From positions 96,001 through 160,000 of the forward strand of contig JAEOTP010000012.1 of NCBI GenBank assembly GCA_016839765.1: DNA of 64,000 nt. Reading direction: 5' to 3'. The translations under genes were made by a program, and so were the position numbers. Below are positions 1 to 8,395 of the stretch, piece by piece. Positions within the stretch are counted from its first letter, which is position 1; every line of letters begins with the position of its first letter. This stretch comes from Promethearchaeota archaeon. GTDB lineage: Archaea > Asgardarchaeota > Lokiarchaeia > Sigyniarchaeales > SOKP01. The notes beneath the pieces were generated by a model. That model worked only from the letters and a program-made list of their open reading frames with translations, did no database searches and was not told the DNA's origin.

Positions 1-80
1 CTGGATTATTGGTAGTAAATATTGATAATGGTTTTGGAGCAGGCGCATCTGCGGCGTTAATAGCTAATAGAACTAGTTGA
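1..80 (+). CDS. larB: Nickel-pincer cofactor biosynthesis protein LarB, 3' end only (runs in from the window edge)
   Basis: Not in the ORF track. The frame from nt 3 reads GLLVVNIDNGFGAGASAALIANRTS* (TGA at 78-80). VVNIDNGFGA is the characteristic C-terminal motif of LarB (PurE-like), and larC lies 2.6 kb away. Confidence 0.85.
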   Translation, partial: GLLVVNIDNGFGAGASAALIANRTS

Positions 81-229
81 ATGTTATCATTAATAGTTAG
101 AAGAGATTTCTTCCTAATGTTATAGTAATGTGAATTTAGCAACAAGAAAAACTATAAATATTTCAAAAATGAAATCTTTCTTAAATAAAAATTCTAAATT
201 AAAAAATATATAGAAAAAGGTTGAAATAA

Positions 230-871
230 ATGACTGCCCTTCCCGAAAATTTGCGTGTATTAAATTCCGACCATGGATGGTATATCATCCCTTTACTTGC
301 CATTGTATTATATATCTACGGAGTTGAGATCAAAAAAGCAAGAGAAACAAATAATTGGAGTACTGTATTTGCTGGATTAACAATACTAGGTCTTGATTTA
401 ATAAATGAAATTTGGAATGCCCTGATTTTTGCCTTTACAAACTATTCTGCATTTTGGACTACTCCAGGAGCAAGCGCTTATATTATATTAATTGGATGGA
501 ATATTGAGATTGCTTTCATGTTTTCTATTGCTGGAATTATATTTTCCAAATTTTTACCAGAAGATAAGGATAAAAAAATATTTGGAATTCCAAATCGTTG
601 GGCAATGGCAATTGGTTTTTCATTATTTTGCTTGATCGTAGAGATTTTTCTCAACTTGGGTGGTTACCTTATCTGGGTATACCCATGGTGGCATTGGACT
701 TATGGAATAGGTTTGGTGCCAATTTTCTTTTTAGGTTACTTTCATTTTTTCGTTGGCGCGTTCTATGTATATGATAAACGTGAATTAAAGGATAAGATAA
801 AAGTCGTAGGGATAATTTATGCGATTGGAATAGTTGCTTTATGTATTTTTCTACCGCTTGGTTTAATCTAA
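230..871 (+). CDS. Polytopic membrane protein of unknown function (~6-7 TM)
   Basis: 213-aa ORF with several hydrophobic helices and intramembrane acidic residues (DLINEIW, WNIEIAF, LIVEIF). Confidence 0.75.
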   Translation: MTALPENLRVLNSDHGWYIIPLLAIVLYIYGVEIKKARETNNWSTVFAGLTILGLDLINEIWNALIFAFTNYSAFWTTPGASAYIILIGWNIEIAFMFSIAGIIFSKFLPEDKDKKIFGIPNRWAMAIGFSLFCLIVEIFLNLGGYLIWVYPWWHWTYGIGLVPIFFLGYFHFFVGAFYVYDKRELKDKIKVVGIIYAIGIVALCIFLPLGLI

Positions 872-909
872 ATTCCATTATTTTTTTTAAATATAAAGTC
901 ATCATACCT

Positions 910-1659
910 TTAAATAAACTGATGTCCACATTCAGTGCAAAAATTCGCATTAGGAATTTCAATTTTTGTTCCACATTCTGGACAATAATTAAAGTCACCT
1001 GTTGTTACAGGCGCTATCATTTCACTTGTTAATATTGGTTTTTCTGCTTTGGGCATCTTTTCTGGGGCTATAATTTTTTCTGTGACTTCGACTTTTCTTG
1101 GGATTTTAATTAGTTCTTCTTTTGAATAATGATGGGTCACTCCTATACTAATAAAACTCAATCCTGCTGCTATAAACCCTCCAATAATTCCAAAACCAAT
1201 ATAGTGTAACGGCGTGTCTCCAATATAATGAAATCTCCAAAATGATAATATATTACCTGGAAGACTAAGTCCTAAAAAATCTTCGGTTGGAAAGAATAAA
1301 GGGACTAACACTAGCCATAAGATTTCGCCGGCAATGATGAGTATAGCAGTAAATATTGAGATATCTCTCATATTTTTGAACTCTGTTCGTCCTAATCGAA
1401 GTTTAATAGCATATACTATGAGGACAATTCCACCTGTTCCGATAAGAATTGAACTAATATATGAGGGGTGTATAATTTGACCCATAAATCCCCTGATATG
1501 AATATCCAAAAGTGGATCATCCAAAACATAGTAACCCCATAACCAAAGAAAATCTTTTGTTCCACCGTAGGTCATAAAAGTTGCAGGAGTAAAAACTGAT
1601 ATTATAACTAAAATTCCTGCTATTAACGGAATAATAAATATATTTCTTGGTTCATCCAT
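910..1659 (-). CDS. Membrane protein (~4 TM) with C-terminal zinc ribbon
   Basis: Four hydrophobic segments, a charged linker, then CPECG...CTECG. Confidence 0.8.
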   Translation of the reverse strand: MDEPRNIFIIPLIAGILVIISVFTPATFMTYGGTKDFLWLWGYYVLDDPLLDIHIRGFMGQIIHPSYISSILIGTGGIVLIVYAIKLRLGRTEFKNMRDISIFTAILIIAGEILWLVLVPLFFPTEDFLGLSLPGNILSFWRFHYIGDTPLHYIGFGIIGGFIAAGLSFISIGVTHHYSKEELIKIPRKVEVTEKIIAPEKMPKAEKPILTSEMIAPVTTGDFNYCPECGTKIEIPNANFCTECGHQFI

Positions 1660-2028
1660 AAATCATCAAATAAAACTTTTATAATATTTTTTAAGAGTAT
1701 GACACATATATTAAATTTATGTACATTACTGTCTTACCTGTTGTGATTTTATCATTTATCAATTGATAAAAGACCATGATAATTTGGGATTTGTATAAAC
1801 GAATATTTGAACAAATTTACTTAAAGCCCAGCTATAAATTTATTAAAAATTAGACCGTAATTTCTTAAGAACCACTTCTTGTTTCTGAAAAACATAGTTT
1901 CGAAACATTTTCAGATATAAAACACATATTTTCGAAGAATAGGAAAATATAAATATGTAGATCAATATAGATCATATTGATACTAATTCTATTTTAAATC
2001 TACAGAAAAAAAATCGTGTACTAAGTAG

Positions 2029-2571
2029 TTGAGACCTATGGTCGCAACCGTTGAGGATTTTGAAAGATCAAAAGAATTTTTTGAGAGTGGCGATATACTC
2101 AATACAATAGAAAGTTATGAAAAAGCGATAAATCAAATCGAACGCACAAAAGCAATTAACAAAGAAGAATTAATCGACTTTCTTAATAAAATTTTAAAAC
2201 ATTGTCAAGAAAATAATCTTAAAAACGAAGAAGCGATGGTTCTTAGAGCTTTAGGAAGAACATATACTAAATTTAAACAATATCCATTGGGTTTAAAATA
2301 TTCTTATCAATCTCTAAAGATCCAAAAGAAATTAGGTAAAAAGCTGGATATAGCGGAGAGTTTAGTCTTTTTAGCTGAGGATCTTGAGGTTTCAAGTAAT
2401 TATGATGAATGTGTCAAAACATTTAGTGAAGCTGCAGAAATTTATCGCGAATTAGGGAAACTGAGAAAAGAAAAAGAGGTAAAAAAAGAAATTTCTCGAT
2501 TAAAAGAATTCTTAAAAGAAATGACAGAGGATGAGTATCTACTGCATAAATTTAACATTGATAAATTCTAA
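2029..2571 (+). CDS. Small TPR-repeat protein (start probably ATG at 2038)
   Basis: TPR-like helices (EAMVLRALGRTY, IAESLVFLAEDL, FSEAAEIYRELG). Confidence 0.75.
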   Translation: MRPMVATVEDFERSKEFFESGDILNTIESYEKAINQIERTKAINKEELIDFLNKILKHCQENNLKNEEAMVLRALGRTYTKFKQYPLGLKYSYQSLKIQKKLGKKLDIAESLVFLAEDLEVSSNYDECVKTFSEAAEIYRELGKLRKEKEVKKEISRLKEFLKEMTEDEYLLHKFNIDKF

Positions 2572-2646
2572 ATTAAAATAACATATCGAAGATATATCTA
2601 AAATCTCTCCTTTTTTTTAATATTTTTTTTAAAACCTTCTAATGAA

Positions 2647-3936
2647 CTATATTTTATAATTTTCATATAAATTTTTTAGTTTACTTTGAGCATAAATAAG
2701 GATTTCTTTAACTGAACGCCCAGTTAACGAACTAATTTTTTTTAAATCTTCATATTCAGGTTTTATATTAACTACTTTTTTATCTTTTCCTGTTTGGAAG
2801 TAAGAGACTTTATATCTTACATCATATTCATCTTCATTAATTTGAATTTTTGTCATAATAATTTCTCTATCAATACAAACTCTTTTCATGGTGTTAAATC
2901 TTACTCCAAGAGTGCCTAATTCACTTAATATAGTTTCAATTATTTCAAAGTTATTCTCAGGACGGCAGAGTACTTTAATTACGTGGCTTGGTCTATTTTT
3001 TTTAGTAATGCTTGGTATAACTTGAATATCAAGAACTTCTTTAGTTTCTAAGGTTTTAATAAAATTACCTATAAGTTCTCCTGATATATCATCCACATCT
3101 GTCTCTAAAATAGTGACATCCTCAATGTATTTCTGGAGAGGACTGTGAAGAGATTTGGTTTCAAGATAGGAGCTTTCACCATAGAAAATTCGCAATATAT
3201 TTAGAAAGTCCTTAAACTCTTTCTCTCCAGTGCTATATACAACTTTTTCAAGAATCATTTCATTGGGATAAATCAAGTAATTGGGATTTAAATTCACAAG
3301 TAAAGCGGCTCCGGTGGGTGTTACTAACTCGCTTTCAATAGGACCATTTACTACAACCAGATCTGATTGTTCTAGTATTCTTATAGTGGCAGGTGCGGGA
3401 ATTGCTAGGATTCCATGAGCAGTTTTAACTTTTCCTGCTCCTAAAGGTAATTTGCTACAAAATATTTTAAAATCCGCCTCAAAACATCCTAATTTATCTA
3501 AAGTTTTTGTAACACCTAAAATATCTACCAAGGTATCCACAGAACTTAATTCATGAAGATGTATGTTTTCTATTAAATTATCATGTACTTCTGCTTCTGC
3601 TTGGAATAATGTTTCTAAAACGTTAATAGCATAATTTTTTGCCGATTCTGAATACTTTTTTTCATTTAAAAAGGTTTGTAAAGCATTTTTTAAACTCTTA
3701 GAGGATCTTTGGTGTTTATTTTCCTCAATATTTAGTTTAAGTTGATTAACCATTATTCCAGTTCTCTTAACTTTTACCAGATCTATTTCCAGTTTCTTAA
3801 CTCCCTTCAAATAATTTTTTAGTTCAATAAGTTCATCTATTACGTTCTTAGGGTTGGATATTAATTCTAAGAGTGAAGCTAAAAACATATCCCCAGAAAT
3901 TCCAGAATTAGAAGCATCAATATATAATGATTTCAT
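2647..3936 (-). CDS. larC: Nickel-pincer cofactor nickel insertase LarC
   Basis: Motifs SGISGDMFLASL, AEAEVH...IHLHELSSVDTLVDI, AHGILAIPAPAT, ELVTPTGAALL, ETDVDD, KKNRP, ELGTLGVR, KPEYED. Confidence 0.93.
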   Translation of the reverse strand: MKSLYIDASNSGISGDMFLASLLELISNPKNVIDELIELKNYLKGVKKLEIDLVKVKRTGIMVNQLKLNIEENKHQRSSKSLKNALQTFLNEKKYSESAKNYAINVLETLFQAEAEVHDNLIENIHLHELSSVDTLVDILGVTKTLDKLGCFEADFKIFCSKLPLGAGKVKTAHGILAIPAPATIRILEQSDLVVVNGPIESELVTPTGAALLVNLNPNYLIYPNEMILEKVVYSTGEKEFKDFLNILRIFYGESSYLETKSLHSPLQKYIEDVTILETDVDDISGELIGNFIKTLETKEVLDIQVIPSITKKNRPSHVIKVLCRPENNFEIIETILSELGTLGVRFNTMKRVCIDREIIMTKIQINEDEYDVRYKVSYFQTGKDKKVVNIKPEYEDLKKISSLTGRSVKEILIYAQSKLKNLYENYKI

Positions 3937-3957
3937 TTATTCTTTCACTTTTTCATG

Positions 3958-3973
3958 AAATGTAATTACATTT
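3958..3973. promoter_or_regulatory. Perfect 16-bp palindrome AAATGTAATTACATTT in the larC / 4098-ORF divergent promoter region (candidate operator)
   Basis: Seen directly, about 22 nt upstream of the larC ATG, overlapping a second palindrome TTTCATGAAA (3951-3960). The AT-rich background makes chance occurrence possible. Confidence 0.35.
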
Positions 3974-4097
3974 TCTTAATTGGCTATAAGGATAAATTGT
4001 CAATACTAAAAAAATAAATTCTAATTCTTTTATGATAATTATATAAGTATTATTATCTAATAATGTTAAATTAAACTAATAATTTTAGGACACTATA

Positions 4098-4832
4098 ATG
4101 AGTGAACTCCAAACTATCAAATGTTATTTAAATCAATTACCAGCCACATTAATAAAAATATTGGGTATTGACCCTCCTTTCGATACTATTCCAGAACCAG
4201 TTGATTCCATTACTGAGTTATATCAGGGTATTGAAAGAATCGTTATAATTCTTATAGACAATTTCGGCTTGTTTGAGCTCACATTTCATAAACCCGAATT
4301 CATGATAAGGCAATCACAAATGATGTTATTGTTATCTACTAAGAATCCCTATACATTAGGAGTTTTACATCAAATTCTCTATGGTGGATTCGAAAAAGAA
4401 CCAAATGGATTTCATCTATTGCGATTTCTTAATAATAATGGAAAAAAATCATGTTTCATTGGAAGGAAAAAGGATTTAGCCAGATATGACGGTGGTACAT
4501 ATTCGGTTGCTAAAGATACTGACATGGCAACGTGGATTGAAAGCGCTAAGACAATCAATAATTATGATTTTTCATGGATGCATTATTTAGATTTCGAAAA
4601 TTTACATAAACAGCAACAAGCTTTAAAGCAAAGAACACCTGAAGATTTAATCGAAAAATTAATTTTACGTACGGATAAATGGATTTTAGGAAATTATAAA
4701 CAATTAAGACCTAATTCTTTAATGATAATTTTAGGAGATCATGGTCGGGTAAAGTTAGATTTAGAATATTCTGGCAAAATTGCTCAATGGCGTGAGGCCT
4801 CGGTACCTGTTGCTATTTTGATCGCTAAATAG
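4098..4832 (+). CDS. Alkaline phosphatase superfamily protein (NPP/PglZ-like core, compact)
   Basis: IVIILIDNFG first metal-binding strand, WMHYLDFENLH, and the LMIILGDHG motif. Confidence 0.65.
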   Translation: MSELQTIKCYLNQLPATLIKILGIDPPFDTIPEPVDSITELYQGIERIVIILIDNFGLFELTFHKPEFMIRQSQMMLLLSTKNPYTLGVLHQILYGGFEKEPNGFHLLRFLNNNGKKSCFIGRKKDLARYDGGTYSVAKDTDMATWIESAKTINNYDFSWMHYLDFENLHKQQQALKQRTPEDLIEKLILRTDKWILGNYKQLRPNSLMIILGDHGRVKLDLEYSGKIAQWREASVPVAILIAK

Positions 4833-4969
4833 GAAAATATACAACAAGTTTTACAATAATAATGATTACAAGGTACTATGTAAAGATTCGAGAAAGAGAA
4901 TATTCTAACCATTATCTTTTTTAAGTAAAAATAATTCAATATAAAGTCTTAGCAACAAAAAAAGAAATT

Positions 4970-5518
4970 TTGCGAAATATGGAGGAATATAAACGTTTTA
5001 CAATTTCTCTTCCTAAAGAATTATACAACGAGTTTGAGTTATTTAGAAAGACCCTTGATATCTCTAGATCAGATGCAATTAGGAAAGCAATGAAAGCTCT
5101 AATGATAAGTGAAGAAAACATATCAATTTCCTCTGGAAATGTTGTGGGTTGTATCTCTATAATAATGGCTCATAAACATTTCGAGCATAAAGAAAATCAT
5201 GCGGATATAAAAGAAGAAGATGAATTAGATGATCATTCTCATACCATAGATCATGATCATACCTATCATAACCACGATTATGGTTCAAGACCTATTTACT
5301 CAAATATTCAACAAACAGATGAAATATTAAAAACTGATATACAACATCATTTTCATGATATTATCATTTCTACATTACATGTTCATTTAGAGTTTGAAAA
5401 ATGCTTAGAAATTATCGCAGTTTCAGGACCATATGAACGTGTGAAAAAGTTAAAAGACGATCTTCAAAGATTAAAAAGTGTAATCTCAGTTGGCTTTTTC
5501 ATAATTGACAAAGAATAG
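4970..5518 (+). CDS. nikR: NikR-family nickel-responsive regulator with His/Asp-rich insertion (start probably ATG at 4979)
   Basis: N-terminal ribbon-helix-helix (RFTISLP...SRSDAIRKAM) and a C-terminal metal domain with the NikR Ni ligands in QHHFH...STLHVHL...CLEII. Confidence 0.85.
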   Translation: MRNMEEYKRFTISLPKELYNEFELFRKTLDISRSDAIRKAMKALMISEENISISSGNVVGCISIIMAHKHFEHKENHADIKEEDELDDHSHTIDHDHTYHNHDYGSRPIYSNIQQTDEILKTDIQHHFHDIIISTLHVHLEFEKCLEIIAVSGPYERVKKLKDDLQRLKSVISVGFFIIDKE

Positions 5519-5587
5519 ATATAGGATTAGTATCCATAATAAGCTGAATGATAAAGTAATTGATTGCTCTATAAGTAAAAGGAGAGA

Positions 5588-5626
5588 AAGTAGAATAAAA
5601 AATTCTACTTAATTAAGAGTAGAATT
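5588..5626. repeat. Three alternating-orientation AGTAGAAT units forming two overlapping hairpins between convergent nikR and histone genes (possible terminator or structured RNA)
   Basis: AAGTAGAAT-N5-ATTCTACTT (5588-5610) and AATTCTACT-N8-AGTAGAATT (5601-5626). Confidence 0.45.
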
Positions 5627-5860
5627 AAAGGATAAGGCGATTTTTTGAGAATTTTTTATTCTATTATTGTGTGTGTAATATTTATAGAGTATAAAAAGAC
5701 TCATTTAAATGAAAATACAGTGATGGATTAATAATTTGTTTGAAAAGTTTCTTTTTGAATCTTTATCAGTAACAGGTAAAATTGGAAAAAAAATAGTAAA
5801 GTAAATAAATTTTAAAAAAAATGTAAAATTTTTATCTTTTATCTAATCAACCTATTTCGT

Positions 5861-6058
5861 CTATAAATCTCTCTCCTGAACCGTTTTTCGGTTATTTGCC
5901 TTTGCACGCGCGACAGCCTTTTCTAAAAGCTCTATAAGAATGGAATTTAGTTTATTTCCATCAAGGACCTCGCTGGCTGTGTTACAATTCTTAGATTTTA
6001 TGTATTCCTTTACTTTGCTCTTAACGAAAAGGGTTTCTACTGCTGGTTTTTTAGCCAT
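5861..6058 (-). CDS. Short histone-fold protein with truncated alpha3 (face-to-face / Bd0055-like class)
   Basis: 65 aa: LFVKSKVKEYIK...LLEKAVARAKANNRKTVQERDL. It has the histone RKTV..xD L2 motif and ends immediately after it. Strong SD GGAGG just upstream. Confidence 0.85.
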   Translation of the reverse strand: MAKKPAVETLFVKSKVKEYIKSKNCNTASEVLDGNKLNSILIELLEKAVARAKANNRKTVQERDL

Positions 6059-6489
6059 TTTTTATTCCTCCTTTTATTAAAATTTTTATTCTTATTATTG
6101 GTTTAAAATATTTTAAAATAAATTTGTATTTAAAATATAATTCTCTTAGCTTATATTTAAACTTAGTTGAAAAACCATCATAGAAGGTTAATATTATCGG
6201 TCTAATCTTATTTTAGAAAAAACAATTCCTTACGCGGTCTAGCCTTGGATTTTAAAGTTTGACAAATTAATCAATCATAAAAATAACCATTTCAATGAAA
6301 CCTCTTTTAAAAGAAGGTATTTTTAAAATTTTTAAGAAATTCTAAATAGAACGTGAGGAAACATATGAAAAAAATGATATGTTAGATTCTAATTGACTAA
6401 AGGGTTTAATTATTATAACTTCTAGCATATAATAAATTAATTCAGTTAATTATTCTTAATTCAAATTCATTTGATTAGGAAAATAATGA

Positions 6490-8331
6490 ATGAAAGTAGT
6501 ATCATTAAACGGAACTTGGAAATGTAAGCCTGATTTTGATGATATTGGTATTGAAAAAGGCTGGTATTTACTTAAAAATTATGTTAATAACAAAAATAGT
6601 TTAAACGATATACAGATTCCAAATAGCTTTAATCTCTTAAGAGATTTCGAAGTATTCGAGGGGATATTTTGGCATTTCTACCAATTTAATCTCAATGAAT
6701 CAGTAGATAAAAGTAGTTATACATATCAAATTAGATTTAAAGGAAGTAATTATAAAACTCAGGTTTGGTTGAATGGAGCGTTTTTAGGTGAACATAATGG
6801 TGGTTTCACCCCTTTTTATGTCAATATTAGTGAAGATCTTACTCAGAAAGATAATTTACTTGTAGTAAGGGTTGATAATATTCGGGAAAAAGACAGGGTT
6901 CCAGCAATTTTTTTTGACTGGTTTAATTGGGGTGGAATTTATCGTGACGTTGATTTATTATTATTAAGTAAAAATCGAGTAAAAGATATTGTAATAAAAA
7001 CAACATTAAATACATTAAATGTATGTAACCTTAAAATTACCTATAAAATAATTGGCTCTCTTTCATTTAAATGGCAAATATTAGATTCAAATCATTCAAA
7101 TACCTTATATGAAGGTGATATCTTCGAAGGTTCTGGAGTAGGGACTATTACTTTAAAAATGGATAATCCTAAATTATGGTCACCAGATAATCCTAATTTA
7201 TATTATCTCAAAATAATTGATACATCTACAAAATTCAAGGAAGATATTTTTTATGAATATCACTATGGAATAAGGCAAATTGAAGTTATAGGTTCTAATG
7301 TTTTATTAAATAAAAGAAAGATCCAATTAAAAGGAGTTAGTCTTCATGAGGAATATATGCCATTTGGACGTACGATTCCATACGAAAAAAGATTAGAGGA
7401 TATTAAAACAATAAAGTCATTAGGATTTAATGCATTGAGAACTGCTCACTATCCACATGATGAAGATTTGTTAGAAATTGCCGATAAGATTGGACTTTTA
7501 ATCCTTGAAGAAATTCCAATTTATTGGAATTGTAATTTTGAAAGTAATAAAGTATTTAAAGTAGCTGCAAGAATATTACGTGAATTAATAAAGAGGGATA
7601 TTAATCATCCTTCTGTTATTTGGTGGAGTGTGGGTAATGAAATTCCTATACATAGACGGGAATGTTCTAGATTTATAAAAAGGTTAATGGTATTGGCTAG
7701 AAACTATGATGACACTCGAATAATTACTTACGTCTCACGGAAATTGATAACTGATTTTACTAGAAAATATGCTGATGTTGCCACGATTAATTCATATTTT
7801 GGATGGTATTTTGGACATGAAAGAATGTTAAGTCTTTTTTTAGATATTATGACTGCACCCCTTTTTGCTAAACCCTGGATTTTCACAGAATTTGGAGCAG
7901 GAGCAAAATATGGATATCATGATGATTGGAAGAATCAAACCAAATTTACTGAAGAAAGACAGCTTCATTTACTTGATTATACAATTAGAACAATAAATTC
8001 AAAACAATGTTTTAATGGTTGGTTTATTTGGATATTTAGAGATTTTCGTTCTCTTATGAAAAGTGGTAAATATCAACAGGGTTTCAATAGAAAAGGAATT
8101 GTAAGTGAAAAATCATATGAAAAAAAATTGATATATTATAAAATTCCCCAATTAATTGAAAAACAAAGAAAAGTATTAAACACCAAACTTTTAGGGATAA
8201 TTCTCTGGATAATCTTCTTTCCTTTCTCATACTTAATTCTTACTCATTTAATCACTCTTTTGGCAGATTTATATGGAAATATTGGTTTTAAGAAAGGAGT
8301 TACTTCATATAATTATTCAATTGAAAAATAA
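6490..8331 (+). CDS. GH2 glycoside hydrolase, beta-glucuronidase-like, with C-terminal TM segment
   Basis: SLNGTW, WFNWGGIYRDV, LKGVSLHEE, RTAHYPH, WSVGNE (acid/base), FTEFGA (nucleophile) and the NRKG glucuronidase-type motif. Hydrophobic tail LLGIILWIIFFPFSYLIL. Confidence 0.88.
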   Translation: MKVVSLNGTWKCKPDFDDIGIEKGWYLLKNYVNNKNSLNDIQIPNSFNLLRDFEVFEGIFWHFYQFNLNESVDKSSYTYQIRFKGSNYKTQVWLNGAFLGEHNGGFTPFYVNISEDLTQKDNLLVVRVDNIREKDRVPAIFFDWFNWGGIYRDVDLLLLSKNRVKDIVIKTTLNTLNVCNLKITYKIIGSLSFKWQILDSNHSNTLYEGDIFEGSGVGTITLKMDNPKLWSPDNPNLYYLKIIDTSTKFKEDIFYEYHYGIRQIEVIGSNVLLNKRKIQLKGVSLHEEYMPFGRTIPYEKRLEDIKTIKSLGFNALRTAHYPHDEDLLEIADKIGLLILEEIPIYWNCNFESNKVFKVAARILRELIKRDINHPSVIWWSVGNEIPIHRRECSRFIKRLMVLARNYDDTRIITYVSRKLITDFTRKYADVATINSYFGWYFGHERMLSLFLDIMTAPLFAKPWIFTEFGAGAKYGYHDDWKNQTKFTEERQLHLLDYTIRTINSKQCFNGWFIWIFRDFRSLMKSGKYQQGFNRKGIVSEKSYEKKLIYYKIPQLIEKQRKVLNTKLLGIILWIIFFPFSYLILTHLITLLADLYGNIGFKKGVTSYNYSIEK

Positions 8332-8395
8332 TGTTCCTTAAAACCTTTTTTCTTAAAACTTTGTGCTTTTTATATTTTAATCTTAATAAAATGAT

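Noticed and set aside
2647-3936. Programmed frameshift in larC (as in split larC1/larC2 genes)
   Set aside because: The ORF is continuous and contains both the N- and C-terminal LarC motifs.
5601-5626. AATTCTACT...GTAGA hairpin resembles a Cas12a-type CRISPR repeat
   Set aside because: It is a single unit with no repeat-spacer periodicity, and there are no cas genes in the window.
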